Assembly: GCA_039795555.1 (NCBI GenBank)
Contig: JBDKLQ010000003.1
Span: 1-37,948, forward strand
Direction of reading: 5' to 3'
DNA from: Actinomycetota bacterium
GTDB taxonomy: Bacteria > Actinomycetota > Actinomycetes > Nanopelagicales > Nanopelagicaceae
DNA: 37,948 bases
Shown: positions 14,425 to 25,006 of the stretch, piece after piece
Numbering within the stretch: position 1 is the stretch's first letter
Layout of the letters: the number at the start of each line of letters is the position of its first letter
Made by a program: the position numbers and the translations under genes
The notes under the pieces: model-generated
Told to the model about the DNA's origin: nothing
The model's database searches: none
Seen by the model: only the letters and a program-made list of their open reading frames with translations

Positions 14425-15642
14425 TGCTTGATCTAAATCTTTAATTAGATCATCAACGTGTTCGAGCCCAACTGATAAGCGCAAAACGCTCTCGCCAATC
14501 CCCATCTGTGCCAGCACTTCTGGACCTAACCGGCGATGAGTTGTCGAAGCTGGGTGGGTGATAAGTGATTTGGAATCGCCCAAATTATTAGAAATATCAA
14601 TCACCCGAAGTTGATCTAAGAATTTAAAAGTTGTTTCTTGGTCACCGTTGATTTCGAAACCAATTGTGGAACCACCAGCTTTCATTTGACGCTTTACTAA
14701 TTCATACGATGGATGACTTGGCAATCCTGGGAATTTAACTTTTTTAATTTTCGGATGCTGTTCCAAGAATTCCGCGATCTTTTGGGCGTTTTCGGCCATT
14801 CGCCAAACCCGAAGCTCCATCGTTTCCAATGATTTAACTAATACCCAGGCATTAAATGGCGAGAGTGCCGGACCAGTGTGCCGAGTAAATGGTTGTAGTT
14901 TCGTATCGATATATTCCTTGGATCCCAAAATTGCGCCAGCTAATACCCGCCCTTGACCATCAATATGTTTTGTCGCTGAATACATAACAACATCGGCGCC
15001 AAGTTCAAGTGGGCGCTGCAGCACTGGTGATGCCATTACGTTATCGACAATTACCGTCGCGCCAACTTTATGGGCAATCTCTGAAACAAGTTTGATATCA
15101 ACGATTTCATTTAGCGGATTACTAGGGCTTTCGATGAAAACTACTTTGGTTTCTTTAGTAATTGCAGCTTCCCAATTAGCGCGGTCATTGCCTTCAACTA
15201 ATTCAGTGGTGATGCCCCACTTTGGCAAAATCTCCATCAAAACTACATAACAAGAGGAGAACATTGAAGCTGATGCAACAATTTTGTCGCCATTCGAAAC
15301 TAAACAAGCAATTGCGGCAAACATTGCCGACATCCCTGATCCAGTACCCATGCAACTTTCGGCGCCTTCAAGCGCTGCCATTCGCTTTTCAAACATTTGA
15401 ATTGTTGGGTTAGCAAATCGGCTATACAGAAAATGATCAGTTTCATCAGCAAAAGAACTAGCAGCTTCCTCTGCGGATGAATAAGTGAATCCACTTGATA
15501 AATAGAGCGCTTCCGATGTTTCACCGAAACCAGAGCGAGCTAAACCAGCGCGAATTGATTGAGTTTGTGGATTTAATTTCCAATCAGGTTCAGGGCGCTC
15601 TGCGCGAGGTTGATATCCCCATGGTCGCTTACTCACTGGCAA
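14413..15642 (-). CDS. metZ: O-succinylhomoserine sulfhydrylase-type PLP enzyme (Cys/Met metabolism family)
   Basis: IRAGLARSGFGETSEALYLSSGFTY at the N-terminus and the PLP-lysine motif YSATKHIDGQGR. 409 aa, TTG start. Confidence 0.8.
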   Translation of the reverse strand: MPVSKRPWGYQPRAERPEPDWKLNPQTQSIRAGLARSGFGETSEALYLSSGFTYSSAEEAASSFADETDHFLYSRFANPTIQMFEKRMAALEGAESCMGTGSGMSAMFAAIACLVSNGDKIVASASMFSSCYVVLMEILPKWGITTELVEGNDRANWEAAITKETKVVFIESPSNPLNEIVDIKLVSEIAHKVGATVIVDNVMASPVLQRPLELGADVVMYSATKHIDGQGRVLAGAILGSKEYIDTKLQPFTRHTGPALSPFNAWVLVKSLETMELRVWRMAENAQKIAEFLEQHPKIKKVKFPGLPSHPSYELVKRQMKAGGSTIGFEINGDQETTFKFLDQLRVIDISNNLGDSKSLITHPASTTHRRLGPEVLAQMGIGESVLRLSVGLEHVDDLIKDLDQALSK

Positions 15643-15657
15643 AGTCTATGGCAGAGT

Positions 15658-16560
15658 GTGAATGTGGCGGCGCCGATAATTTCTGTAACCAATTTAAGTA
15701 AGCGTTATGGTGAACAAGTCGCGCTTTCAAACGCAACCTTCGAAGTTCCTCTCGGAACCATCTGCGGTTTTGTAGGACCAAATGGCGCTGGCAAAACTAC
15801 AACAATTCGAATTTTACTTGGGTTAATCTCGCCAACTTCTGGCAGCGCAGAAGTGCTTGGTAATTCGGTATCTGAACCAGAAAAATATTTAGCAAATATC
15901 GGCGCCATGATTGAAGGGCCGGCTTTTTATCCAGCACTTTCTGGTGTCGAAAATTTAAAAATACTTGCCACGCTAGGTGGAATTAATTTTTCGGTAATCC
16001 CAGATTTACTGGCCAAAGTCGGGCTATCTGATCGCGCTGATTCAAAATATAAAACTTATTCATTGGGCATGAAACAGCGGCTAGGTATCGCGGCAGCGCT
16101 ATTACCAAATCCAAAACTATTAATTTTGGACGAACCAACAAATGGGTTAGATCCAGCCGGAATTCAAGAGATTCGAGAATTATTACAAAAACTTGCTACA
16201 ACCGGAGTCACCGTCTTTGTCTCGTCGCATTTGCTCTCTGAAATTGAAATGATTTGCGAACACTTAGTGGTTCTGCGTAACGGCGAAGTTATTTTTGCTG
16301 GCCCAGTAAAAGACTTACTGCAACGAAATCGCCCAACCATTATCGCCAAACCGATCAATGGCGGTGACTGTCAGCGTTTGATTGCACTATCTGGTTTGCG
16401 TGGTGAAATTATTGACGAAACGGTTCATTTAGATGCACCAGAAACTTTTGCACCAGAGCTAAATAAAATTGCGTTTGAAAATGGCATTTTGCTGGCGCAA
16501 TTGACGCCAGTGCGGCCAACTTTGGAAGAAACATTCTTTGAAATTACTGGTGGAAAATGA
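15658..16560 (+). CDS. ABC transporter ATP-binding protein (ABC-2/DrrA-like)
   Basis: Walker A GPNGAGKTT, signature YSLGMKQRL, Walker B LLILDEPT. The start is ambiguous (TTG 15610, GTG 15658 or GTG 15664). I chose 15658, which does not overlap metZ. Confidence 0.85.
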   Translation: MNVAAPIISVTNLSKRYGEQVALSNATFEVPLGTICGFVGPNGAGKTTTIRILLGLISPTSGSAEVLGNSVSEPEKYLANIGAMIEGPAFYPALSGVENLKILATLGGINFSVIPDLLAKVGLSDRADSKYKTYSLGMKQRLGIAAALLPNPKLLILDEPTNGLDPAGIQEIRELLQKLATTGVTVFVSSHLLSEIEMICEHLVVLRNGEVIFAGPVKDLLQRNRPTIIAKPINGGDCQRLIALSGLRGEIIDETVHLDAPETFAPELNKIAFENGILLAQLTPVRPTLEETFFEITGGK

Positions 16561-17348
16561 TTAAGATTTTTCGAGCCGAATGGCGCAAGCTACGCCGCCC
16601 GACGTTATTTTTTGGATCACTTTTTGCAGTCGGATTTGTTTCAGCCATGATTACAGCATTTATCTTTATTCTGATTGACGCACCAACTGGTAATGCTAAG
16701 GAAGGTGCACAGGCAATGGTAGTTACCCGTGAAATGTTGGCGCTTCCAGAAGGTGTAATGATTGGATTTGCAAGTTCCGGTGCCCTTCTTGGAATAGTTG
16801 CGCTCTCTGTTTTTGCAGCCCAAACGGCACAAGAATTCTCATTGGGTACGTTACGCAATTTATTAGTGCGCCAACCAAATCGAATTGAATTATTAATGGG
16901 TAAATACATTTCAATGATCACATTTATCGCGTTAGCCGTTGTGGTGAGCCTCATTTCGGCAATCGCAATTGCTTATTTATTGGCTGGAAATGCCGGCGTT
17001 TCAACCACAGCATGGCGATCAGCTGATGCAATCAAAGCCATTTTAGAAAGTTATGGAAATGTATTTATCGCGGCCATTGGTTACGGAACGATTGGAATGG
17101 CACTGGGGATCTATTTGCGATCACCGATTTCGGCAATTTCAATTGGCGTCGGCTGGTTATTAGTAGTTGAAAATATTATTGCGGCTGCATGGAAAGCATC
17201 AATGAATTGGTTGCCTGGCCAGTTGTTATCAGTAATTTCTAATGGTGGCGAAAATTACGGAGCTGCCTTAATTAAAATTAGCGTTACCTTAATACTGCTC
17301 GTGCTCAGCTTCACTTATATTTTTAAGCGCCGCGATGTCGCTAACTAA
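16557..17348 (+). CDS. ABC-2-type transporter permease
   Basis: 263-aa 6-TM ORF overlapping the ATPase stop by 4 nt (ATGA). Confidence 0.7.
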   Translation: MIKIFRAEWRKLRRPTLFFGSLFAVGFVSAMITAFIFILIDAPTGNAKEGAQAMVVTREMLALPEGVMIGFASSGALLGIVALSVFAAQTAQEFSLGTLRNLLVRQPNRIELLMGKYISMITFIALAVVVSLISAIAIAYLLAGNAGVSTTAWRSADAIKAILESYGNVFIAAIGYGTIGMALGIYLRSPISAISIGVGWLLVVENIIAAAWKASMNWLPGQLLSVISNGGENYGAALIKISVTLILLVLSFTYIFKRRDVAN

Positions 17349-17379
17349 CTTTTAATCGCAACCCCTTTAAAATTGGCGA

Positions 17380-18576
17380 ATGCTTAAGCGGATTGCTCTG
17401 GTTTCAGCTGCCCTGATGATTGCCGCTGCAACTCCGGCAATTTCTGCGCCGCCAAAACCAACTCAAGCAGAAATTGATGCTGCGAAAAAAGTTGAAGCAG
17501 AGAAGAAAAAGGCAGCTGATGCTGCCGCCGCAAAGGTGCGCGCTGCAAATGCAACGCTCAAACAATTAAGCGCTATCGCGGCAAAAGCACAGGCGGCTTA
17601 TAACCAAGCATTAAAAGATTTAGATCGCGCAAATAAGAATGCAGTTGCGGCGCTTAAGGCGCAGAAAGCTGCCGAAGCTGCGGTAAGCGCAGCACATCGG
17701 ACCATCGGAAAATTAGCTGTCAACGCATACATTCTTGGCGGCGACTTTTCTGATTTACAACCGCTACTTTCGGCAAACGGACCACAAGATTTAGTTGACC
17801 AAATTTCGACTTTAAATAATTTAGGTTCACAAAACACAGTTGCGCTAGAGCGATTTAAAGCGGCAGAGGTTATTGCTAAGCAAGCAAGAATTGCAGCGGA
17901 CAATGCAAAAATTAAACAAGAGGCAGCCACAAAGAAAGTTGCTGAAACTAAAAAAGTCGCCGATCAAGCTCGGGCCGATCAATTGGCAAAAGTTAAGGAA
18001 CTTCAGAAGATTCAAGACCGGTTGATGAAAGAGTTACAGACTGCCTACAAGCGTCGAACAACTTTGGAAGAACAGAAACGTTTAGCCGAATTAGAAGAAG
18101 GTTCGGCCGCAATCGCCGAGTTCACTCCTAATCAAGCAAAGATTTGGCCAGATCGCGGATTTAAAGGTCGAACAACATCAAGAAGTACTTTTGCAATGCG
18201 TCAAGCAGCAGTTGCTTATGCCAAGAAGCAAGTTGAAGCAGGCAAACCATATGTGTGGGGAGCGGAAGGTCCAAACTCATTTGATTGTTCTGGTTTGGTT
18301 TATGCCGCATATAAATCTGCCGGACTTGGCTGGCCAAATTGGGATCGGTTAAATGCGGCACTTTATTCAGTTGCAACTAAACATGTGCCACTGAGCCAGA
18401 TGGAACCAGGTGATTTACTTTTCTATTCTTACAATGGAAGTATCGCGGCAATTCACCACATCACAATTTATGCTGGCAACGGAAAGATGTGGGAAGCGCG
18501 ATGCACTAAGTGCGGTCTTAAATATTCCGATGTATATAGCGTTAAAGGTTTAATGCCTTTCGCAGGTCGCGTTTAA
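17380..18576 (+). CDS. Secreted NlpC/P60 peptidoglycan endopeptidase with a long N-terminal coiled coil (RipA-like architecture)
   Basis: Signal peptide ending ISA-P, an Ala/Lys-rich coiled coil, and a C-terminal YVWGAEGPNSFDCSGLVYAAY plus HHITIY (catalytic Cys/His). Confidence 0.85.
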   Translation: MLKRIALVSAALMIAAATPAISAPPKPTQAEIDAAKKVEAEKKKAADAAAAKVRAANATLKQLSAIAAKAQAAYNQALKDLDRANKNAVAALKAQKAAEAAVSAAHRTIGKLAVNAYILGGDFSDLQPLLSANGPQDLVDQISTLNNLGSQNTVALERFKAAEVIAKQARIAADNAKIKQEAATKKVAETKKVADQARADQLAKVKELQKIQDRLMKELQTAYKRRTTLEEQKRLAELEEGSAAIAEFTPNQAKIWPDRGFKGRTTSRSTFAMRQAAVAYAKKQVEAGKPYVWGAEGPNSFDCSGLVYAAYKSAGLGWPNWDRLNAALYSVATKHVPLSQMEPGDLLFYSYNGSIAAIHHITIYAGNGKMWEARCTKCGLKYSDVYSVKGLMPFAGRV

Positions 18577-18579
18577 CAA

Positions 18580-19509
18580 ATGGGGCTACTGGCGCTTCGA
18601 AGCGCAGTGCGCCCATACCTTGAATCCCTAGCGCCAGGAGATACCGTTGCCGTCGCAGTTTCAGGTGGTGCAGATTCGTTAGCTCTAGCTGGCGCAGTTG
18701 CGCTCGAAGCAAAAAAATTAACGCTAAAAGTTATTGGTGTGACAGTTGATCATCAGCTGCAACTTGGATCGTCCGAGCAAGCAGCCATTGTTGTTAAACA
18801 ATTACAAGAACTTGGCATTACTGAATCAATTGTTAAAAAAGTAGATGTTGTTATGCACGACGGTTTAGAAGCTTCGGCCCGACGAGCTCGATACGCCGCT
18901 TTTGAAGAGATCGCCGCTGATGCAATATTTTTGGGACATACCAAAGATGATCAAGCCGAAACTGTTTTATTAGGTTTAGCTCGCGGCAGTGGTGGTAGAT
19001 CTTTATCTGGAATGGCGGCGCAAACTGGAAAGTACATTCGACCACTACTTGGAATTTCTCGGAAAGAAACGATTGCGGCGTGCCATGAATTAAATGTAAA
19101 GCCGTGGACCGATCCACATAATTTCGATAACTCATTTTTACGAGTTCGAGTTCGCGAAAAAGTAATTCCATTAATGGAAGAAGAGCTTGGCCCGGGAATT
19201 ATTGATGCTTTAGTGCGCACCGCAAATTTATTGCGGGATGATTCCGATGCACTCGATGCGCTGGCTCGCGAATTTTGGAATAAAGATCAATCTTTAGCGG
19301 TTGACGAGTTAGAGCAATTACCGCGCGCAGTTCGCACTCGCGTGCTCCGAATCGCGATTCGAGAGTTTGGCGGCGAGCCGTTAAGCATGGATCAGGTGGC
19401 GGCCGTAGAGGCGCTTGTCACCAGTTGGAAGGGGCAGGGCGAGGTGAGCGTGCCGGGCGGTGTGAAGGTTTCTCGAATTTCGGGCAGACTTTCGCTCTCA
19501 AAACGCTAA
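18580..19509 (+). CDS. tilS: tRNA(Ile)-lysidine synthase
   Basis: PP-loop VAVSGGADSLAL. Position upstream of hpt-ftsH matches other Actinobacteria. Confidence 0.85.
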   Translation: MGLLALRSAVRPYLESLAPGDTVAVAVSGGADSLALAGAVALEAKKLTLKVIGVTVDHQLQLGSSEQAAIVVKQLQELGITESIVKKVDVVMHDGLEASARRARYAAFEEIAADAIFLGHTKDDQAETVLLGLARGSGGRSLSGMAAQTGKYIRPLLGISRKETIAACHELNVKPWTDPHNFDNSFLRVRVREKVIPLMEEELGPGIIDALVRTANLLRDDSDALDALAREFWNKDQSLAVDELEQLPRAVRTRVLRIAIREFGGEPLSMDQVAAVEALVTSWKGQGEVSVPGGVKVSRISGRLSLSKR

Positions 19510-19521
19510 CTAGGAGCCCCC

Positions 19522-20073
19522 TTGGATTTAGAGAAGCTCGGCACTGATATCGAGCGAGTAGTTGTAACGCAAGAGCAATTAAAAACTCGATTAACGGAAA
19601 TTGCTGCGCAAATAACTAAAGATTACGACGGGCGAGATTTAATTTTAGTTGGCGTATTAAAAGGCGCAGTAATGGCGATGGCGGATTTATCACGCGCAAT
19701 TCAACGACATGTTGATATGGATTGGATGGCGGTTTCTTCTTATGGATCTGGCACCAAATCATCTGGCGTAGTCCGAATTTTAAAAGATTTAGATCGCGAC
19801 ATTACCGGCCGCGAAGTTTTAATTGTCGAAGATATAGTTGACACTGGTTTGACGCTTTCGTGGTTAAAGGCAAACCTAGAATCACGTGGCGCAAAGTCTG
19901 TTGAAATTATGACTGTGCTGCGCAAACCAGATGCAGCACAAGTTGAAGTTGATGTGAAATATGTTGGGTTCGAAATTCCATCCGATTTCGTAGTTGGTTA
20001 CGGATTAGATTTCAACGAGAAATACCGCAATCTTCCATTTATCGGTGTGCTGGCTAAGCACATGTACTCATAA
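19522..20073 (+). CDS. hpt: Hypoxanthine-guanine phosphoribosyltransferase
   Basis: PRPP-binding loop [14 protein letters not shown] and [12 protein letters not shown] start. Confidence 0.9.
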   Translation: MDLEKLGTDIERVVVTQEQLKTRLTEIAAQITKDYDGRDLILVGVLKGAVMAMADLSRAIQRHVDMDWMAVSSYGSGTKSSGVVRILKDLDRDITGREVLIVEDIVDTGLTLSWLKANLESRGAKSVEIMTVLRKPDAAQVEVDVKYVGFEIPSDFVVGYGLDFNEKYRNLPFIGVLAKHMYS

Positions 20074-20081
20074 GGAAACTA

Positions 20082-22118
20082 ATGGCCAAGTTAATTAATA
20101 AGCCAACAAAAAAGGATGCACCGAAAAAGGGCGTTCGAAAAGTGTTGAGCACGCCGCCGCGCACCCGTAGCCAGAAGTTTTTCCGCGGTCCACTATTTTG
20201 GATATTAGTTGCGATTTTGGCCGCAACATTCTTTGGCCAAATTTCTTCGGCTTCAAATCGCTTTACCCCGGTAAAGACTTCACAGATACTTAACGCAATT
20301 GCAAAGAGCGAAGTCGAATCGGCGACGGTAGTTGATCGCTCGCAAATTATTAAAGTTGTTTTGAAACCGGGCAATGGAATTGCCGGATCGACAAAAGTTC
20401 AGGCTTCTTATGTGGCAAATCAAGAACCACAAATTATTGACGTCTTAACAAGTAATCCACCTGCTAAAGGTTGGACTATTGATGTGCCATCACAATCAAT
20501 TTTTGTTTCTTTCTTGTTCTCGATTGCACCAATTCTTTTGATCGGACTTTTGTTCTTCTTTATGATGGGACAAGCCCAAGGTGGAAATCGTGCGCTTTCT
20601 TTTGGTCGCTCGCGCGCCAAGTTGCAAGATAACGAAGCGCCAAAGACCACATTTAAAGATGTTGCCGGCGCTGACGAAGCAGTTGCCGAATTAGAAGAGA
20701 TTAAAGATTTTCTATCTAATCCACCGAAGTACACCGCGTTAGGTGCCAAAATTCCAAAGGGTGTGCTGCTTTATGGCCCACCAGGAACTGGTAAAACTTT
20801 ATTAGCGCGCGCTGTTGCGGGCGAAGCAAAAGTTCCGTTCTATTCAATTAGCGGTTCAGATTTCGTAGAAATGTTTGTCGGTGTTGGTGCGGCACGTGTT
20901 CGTGATTTATTTAATCAAGCAAAAGAAAATGCACCAGCAATTGTTTTCGTTGATGAAATAGATGCAGTTGGTCGCCAACGTGGCGCTGGCTTAGGTGGCG
21001 GACATGACGAACGCGAGCAGACGCTAAATCAATTACTGGTTGAAATGGATGGCTTCGATGATCAGAGCCAGGTTATTTTAATTGCGGCAACAAACCGACC
21101 AGATGTTTTAGATCCAGCGCTACTTCGCCCAGGTCGATTTGATCGCCAAATTCCGGTGGAGCGACCAGATTTAAAAGGTCGCGAAGAGATTTTGAAAGTT
21201 CACGCCAAAGGCAAACCAATTGCGGAGGATGTCGAACTACTTGCAATTGCTCGGCGCACCCCAGGTTTCACTGGCGCTGATTTAGCGAACGTACTTAATG
21301 AAGCTGCGTTATTAACTGCGCGTAACAAAGAGAAAGCAATTAATGCATCATCAATTGATGAAGCAATTGATCGCGTGATGGCCGGACCACAACGTAAGTC
21401 GCGCATTATGAGCGATGAAGAGCGCCGCGTCACGGCTTATCACGAAGGTGGCCATGCACTTGTAGCGCATGCGTTGCCACATACTGATCCAGTTCATAAA
21501 GTGACAATCATGCCGCGCGGTCGCGCTCTTGGTTACACGATGGTGTTGCCTGACGAAGATAAATATTCGGTAACTCGAAATAATTTATTGGATCAATTGG
21601 CTTACACCCTTGGCGGTCGCGCTGCTGAAGAATTGATTTTCCATGACCCATCAACGGGGGCAAGTAACGATATTGAAAAAGCGACTGCGCTAGCTCGCTC
21701 AATGGTTACCCAATACGGAATGACGGAGGCAATCGGCGCCGTAAAACTTGGTTCCACTTCGGGCGAACCATTCTTGGGTCGCGAACTTTCACATCAGAAA
21801 GATTATTCAGAAAATTTAGCGGCAGTTGTTGATAGTGAAATCCGTAAATTAATCGAACGAGCACATCAAGAAGCTTTCGATATTTTGGTGGATAACCGGG
21901 CAATTCTCGATAAATTAGTTGTCGAATTATTAGATAAAGAGACGCTAAATAAAGAAGAGATTGCTGAAATTTTTGCTGGCGTAAAACCAGTTGCAAAGCG
22001 TCCAGCCTGGACTGGTTCGGCAACTCGGAAACCTTCATCGCAACCACCAGTTGCAATCCCAACTGAAGGGACACCAAAAAAGCGCGCGCCACGTAAAACT
22101 AAAGAAAAATCAGAGTGA
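20082..22118 (+). CDS. ftsH: ATP-dependent zinc metalloprotease FtsH
   Basis: Two N-terminal TM helices, Walker A GPPGTGKT, Walker [12 protein letters not shown] region, and zinc motif HEGGHAL. Confidence 0.97.
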   Translation: MAKLINKPTKKDAPKKGVRKVLSTPPRTRSQKFFRGPLFWILVAILAATFFGQISSASNRFTPVKTSQILNAIAKSEVESATVVDRSQIIKVVLKPGNGIAGSTKVQASYVANQEPQIIDVLTSNPPAKGWTIDVPSQSIFVSFLFSIAPILLIGLLFFFMMGQAQGGNRALSFGRSRAKLQDNEAPKTTFKDVAGADEAVAELEEIKDFLSNPPKYTALGAKIPKGVLLYGPPGTGKTLLARAVAGEAKVPFYSISGSDFVEMFVGVGAARVRDLFNQAKENAPAIVFVDEIDAVGRQRGAGLGGGHDEREQTLNQLLVEMDGFDDQSQVILIAATNRPDVLDPALLRPGRFDRQIPVERPDLKGREEILKVHAKGKPIAEDVELLAIARRTPGFTGADLANVLNEAALLTARNKEKAINASSIDEAIDRVMAGPQRKSRIMSDEERRVTAYHEGGHALVAHALPHTDPVHKVTIMPRGRALGYTMVLPDEDKYSVTRNNLLDQLAYTLGGRAAEELIFHDPSTGASNDIEKATALARSMVTQYGMTEAIGAVKLGSTSGEPFLGRELSHQKDYSENLAAVVDSEIRKLIERAHQEAFDILVDNRAILDKLVVELLDKETLNKEEIAEIFAGVKPVAKRPAWTGSATRKPSSQPPVAIPTEGTPKKRAPRKTKEKSE

Positions 22119-22726
22119 GTGACGTCAACAAAGTAACTATGGGAGCGCACGATGGTCGTGCGCTTCATCCTTATGACGCTAAACGCGCGGAAGCTGCTGT
22201 AAAAGAATTATTAGCCGCTCTTGGTGAAGATCCAGAGCGCGAAGGTTTAAAAGATACGCCGGCTCGAGTAGCTCGCGCATTTGCTGAAAATTTTGCGGGG
22301 CTGTGGCAGGACCCAGAAGATGTTTTAACCACAACTTTCGATATCGGACATGAAGAGTTAGTAATTATTCGAGACATCGAAGTTTTTTCGCACTGCGAAC
22401 ATCATTTGACGCCGTTTCATGGCGTTGCTCACGTGGGTTACATTCCAAATGGAAAAATTACCGGGTTATCAAAAGTTGCGCGGTTAGTTGATTTATTTGC
22501 GCGGCGCCCACAAGTGCAAGAACGGCTAACTTCCCAAATTGCAGATGCGATGGTGGAAATCTTAAAACCAGCTGGAGTGATTGTAATTATCGATTGTGAA
22601 CATTTATGTATGTCAATGCGCGGAGTTAAAAAGACTGAAGCTCGCACTGTAACTTCAGCAGTTCGCGGCGTGTTACGTGATAGCGCAACCCGCGCCGAAG
22701 CAATTTCGTTAATTACAAACCGCTAA
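22115..22726 (+). CDS. folE: GTP cyclohydrolase I
   Basis: [11 protein letters not shown] and [11 protein letters not shown] zinc/active-site motifs. 4-nt overlap with ftsH. Confidence 0.95.
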   Translation: MSDVNKVTMGAHDGRALHPYDAKRAEAAVKELLAALGEDPEREGLKDTPARVARAFAENFAGLWQDPEDVLTTTFDIGHEELVIIRDIEVFSHCEHHLTPFHGVAHVGYIPNGKITGLSKVARLVDLFARRPQVQERLTSQIADAMVEILKPAGVIVIIDCEHLCMSMRGVKKTEARTVTSAVRGVLRDSATRAEAISLITNR

Positions 22727-23463
22727 TGACGCTGGTAATGGGCATTTTAAATGTCACGCCAGATTCCTTTTCAGATGGTGGTAAATATTTAGATCCCGAA
22801 GCTGCGATTGCTCGTGGTTTAGAGATGATGGCCGAAGGCGTGGACATTATTGATGTGGGCGGTGAGTCAACTCGGCCCGGCGCCACACGTGTTACCGAAG
22901 CTGAAGAGTTAGCTCGAGTACTGCCAGTAATAACTGAGTTAAAAAAACGCGGCGCCAAAGTCAGCGTCGATACGATGCGATCAAATGTGGCTACCCATTC
23001 TGGCGCCGACATAATTAATGATGTTTCTGGCGGCAAATCGGATCCACAGATGTTTGAAATTGTTGCCAAATTGGGCGTGCCATATGTGTTAATGCATTGG
23101 CGGGGTTATTCAACCGAGATGGATCAAAAAGCGATTTATGGCGACGTGGTTTCTGAAGTTATCGCTGAATTATTAGCGCAAGTTGAATTAGCTTTGGCCG
23201 CCGGAATAAAAAGAGAGAATTTGATTCTAGATCCTGGTTTGGGTTTTGCGAAAAATGTAGAACAGAATTGGGAAATCGTAAACAACATCGCTGAATTCAA
23301 AAAGCTGGGCTATCCATTATTGATTGGTGGTTCGCGGAAAAGGTTTTTAAATGGCAGCGAAGCTGAGTCGATAAAGTTGACAGCGTTAATGGCAAAGCAA
23401 GATATTTGGGCGGTGCGCACACATTCGGTAGCTCCACATAAAGCAGCGATTAAAAATTTATGA
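22726..23463 (+). CDS. folP: Dihydropteroate synthase
   Basis: MGILNVTPDSFSDGG and DVGGESTRPG motifs. Start overlaps the folE stop (TAATG). Confidence 0.9.
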   Translation: MTLVMGILNVTPDSFSDGGKYLDPEAAIARGLEMMAEGVDIIDVGGESTRPGATRVTEAEELARVLPVITELKKRGAKVSVDTMRSNVATHSGADIINDVSGGKSDPQMFEIVAKLGVPYVLMHWRGYSTEMDQKAIYGDVVSEVIAELLAQVELALAAGIKRENLILDPGLGFAKNVEQNWEIVNNIAEFKKLGYPLLIGGSRKRFLNGSEAESIKLTALMAKQDIWAVRTHSVAPHKAAIKNL

Positions 23464-23813
23464 TTGAGATTAAAGGAATTAAGGGCTACGGCTATCACGG
23501 CATTTTTGCGAACGAGCGCGAAATCGGTCAAGAGTTTTTTGTTGATCTGGCAGCGGATTTAGATTTAACGGCTGCAGCGCAAAGTGACGACTTAACAGAT
23601 AGTGTGGATTATGGCGCAATGGCTAAATCAGTTTTAGCTGAAATAACTGGCGAACCTTGCAATTTAATTGAGAAATTAGCTGGTCGGATTGGTCAGCGGC
23701 TGATTTCAGAATTTTCAAAATTAGATTCGGTTACAATTACGGTGCATAAGCCATCAGCGCCACTAGGCGTAAGCGCCGAAGATGTTTCGGTCACAATTAC
23801 AACTTGGCGATGA
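23460..23813 (+). CDS. folB: Dihydroneopterin aldolase
   Basis: 117 aa. Contains GYHGIFANEREIGQEF and DDLTDSVDYG motifs, in the folP-folB-folK context. Confidence 0.85.
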   Translation: MIEIKGIKGYGYHGIFANEREIGQEFFVDLAADLDLTAAAQSDDLTDSVDYGAMAKSVLAEITGEPCNLIEKLAGRIGQRLISEFSKLDSVTITVHKPSAPLGVSAEDVSVTITTWR

Positions 23814-24256
23814 AGGCAGTAATTTCACTCGGATCAAATTTATCCGAGCCAAAAGAAAATCTTGATTTAGCAATCGCGCTTTTAAAAGAAGCTACCGAAG
23901 TTAAAGCAATCTCGAATTATTTTGAAACTGAACCAGTTGGCTTTACCGATCAACCTAATTTTTTAAATGCAATTGTGATTTTAGAGAGCGATTTACCAGC
24001 TACTGAACTGCTTTCGTTATTGCATGGAATTGAAAAGGCGATGGGGCGAAAACGGGATTTGCGCTGGGGGCCGCGAAATATTGATTTAGATTTAATTCAA
24101 TATGGTTCGATTTTAAGTAGCGCCGATGAACTTACATTGCCGCATCCGCGAGCTCACGAGCGAGAGTTTGTTTTAGCACCCTGGCTTTCAATTGATCCAG
24201 ATGCCGAATTAATCACGCACGGTCGCGTGGATCAGTTATTGAAAAATTTGGAATAG
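23804..24256 (+). CDS. folK: 2-amino-4-hydroxy-6-hydroxymethyldihydropteridine pyrophosphokinase
   Basis: SLGSNL, RWGPRNIDLDL and LPHPRAHEREFVLAP motifs. Confidence 0.9.
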   Translation: MAMKAVISLGSNLSEPKENLDLAIALLKEATEVKAISNYFETEPVGFTDQPNFLNAIVILESDLPATELLSLLHGIEKAMGRKRDLRWGPRNIDLDLIQYGSILSSADELTLPHPRAHEREFVLAPWLSIDPDAELITHGRVDQLLKNLE

Positions 24257-24295
24257 AATTGCTTTTGCCCGGTACCCAAGTGGACTGGAGTAAAA

Positions 24296-25006
24296 ATGGT
24301 TAAAGGGTTGATCCCAACAATGGGTGCGTTGCATGCTGGCCATGCATCGTTAATCACCGCTGCCGCAAAAGAGTGCGATCAGGTAATTGTTAGCGTTTTT
24401 GTTAATCCGCTGCAGTTTAACGATGGTGAAGATTTAGCAAAGTATCCGCGGACGCCAGAGCGCGATCAGGAATTAGCACTTGCGGCTGGGGCAACCGAAG
24501 TTTGGTTTCCAACTTATGAAGAAATCTATCCAGCAGAAATTAAACTAATTGATGCGGGGCCAATTGGTGAGCTTTATGAAGGGGCAGCACGGCCAGGACA
24601 TTTTGCCGGCGTTTTAACTGTGGTGCAACGACTTTTTGATTTGGTTAAACCAGATAAAGCATATTTTGGCGAGAAAGATTTTCAACAATTATTTTTAATT
24701 AAAAAATTAACTTTCGGTGTTGAAATTGTGGGACTGCCGACAATTAGAGAATCCGACGGTTTAGCGATGTCTTCCCGAAATGTTCGACTTTCACCAGAAG
24801 ATCGAAGCGCCGCCACCATTATTTACCGCGCGCTTAAAAGTGGCACATTGGATCTCGGTAGCGAACCACGGTTTAAGAAAGATTATGCAGTGGTGATTGA
24901 TGAGGAAACTTTTGAAGTTGCAAAATCCAGTACCAAACTGAAGCGTGCCTTGATTGCCGGAACAATTGGCGGAGTACGTTTAATCGACAATATGGTTGTC
25001 GCATGA
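24296..25006 (+). CDS. panC: Pantoate-beta-alanine ligase (compact form)
   Basis: PTMGALHAGHASL (HIGH-like) and YFGEKDFQQL. Only 7 residues precede PTMG, and an in-frame stop at 24254 rules out a longer N-terminus. Confidence 0.9.
   Translation: MVKGLIPTMGALHAGHASLITAAAKECDQVIVSVFVNPLQFNDGEDLAKYPRTPERDQELALAAGATEVWFPTYEEIYPAEIKLIDAGPIGELYEGAARPGHFAGVLTVVQRLFDLVKPDKAYFGEKDFQQLFLIKKLTFGVEIVGLPTIRESDGLAMSSRNVRLSPEDRSAATIIYRALKSGTLDLGSEPRFKKDYAVVIDEETFEVAKSSTKLKRALIAGTIGGVRLIDNMVVA

Noticed and set aside
17349-17379. c-di-AMP (ydaO-type) riboswitch upstream of the NlpC/P60 hydrolase, as seen in some Actinobacteria.
   Set aside because: The gap is only 31 nt, which is far too short.
21706-22092. 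Long antisense or out-of-frame ORFs in the track (for example 21706-22092, 16544-16954, 22713-23069, 35671-36027, 9889-10290, 20420-20749, 24873-25229).
   Set aside because: Each lies wholly inside a strongly supported gene on the other strand or frame. Their products are low-complexity (Ser/Arg/Pro/Ala-rich) with no motifs. They are shadow ORFs of the kind expected opposite well-conserved coding sequence.
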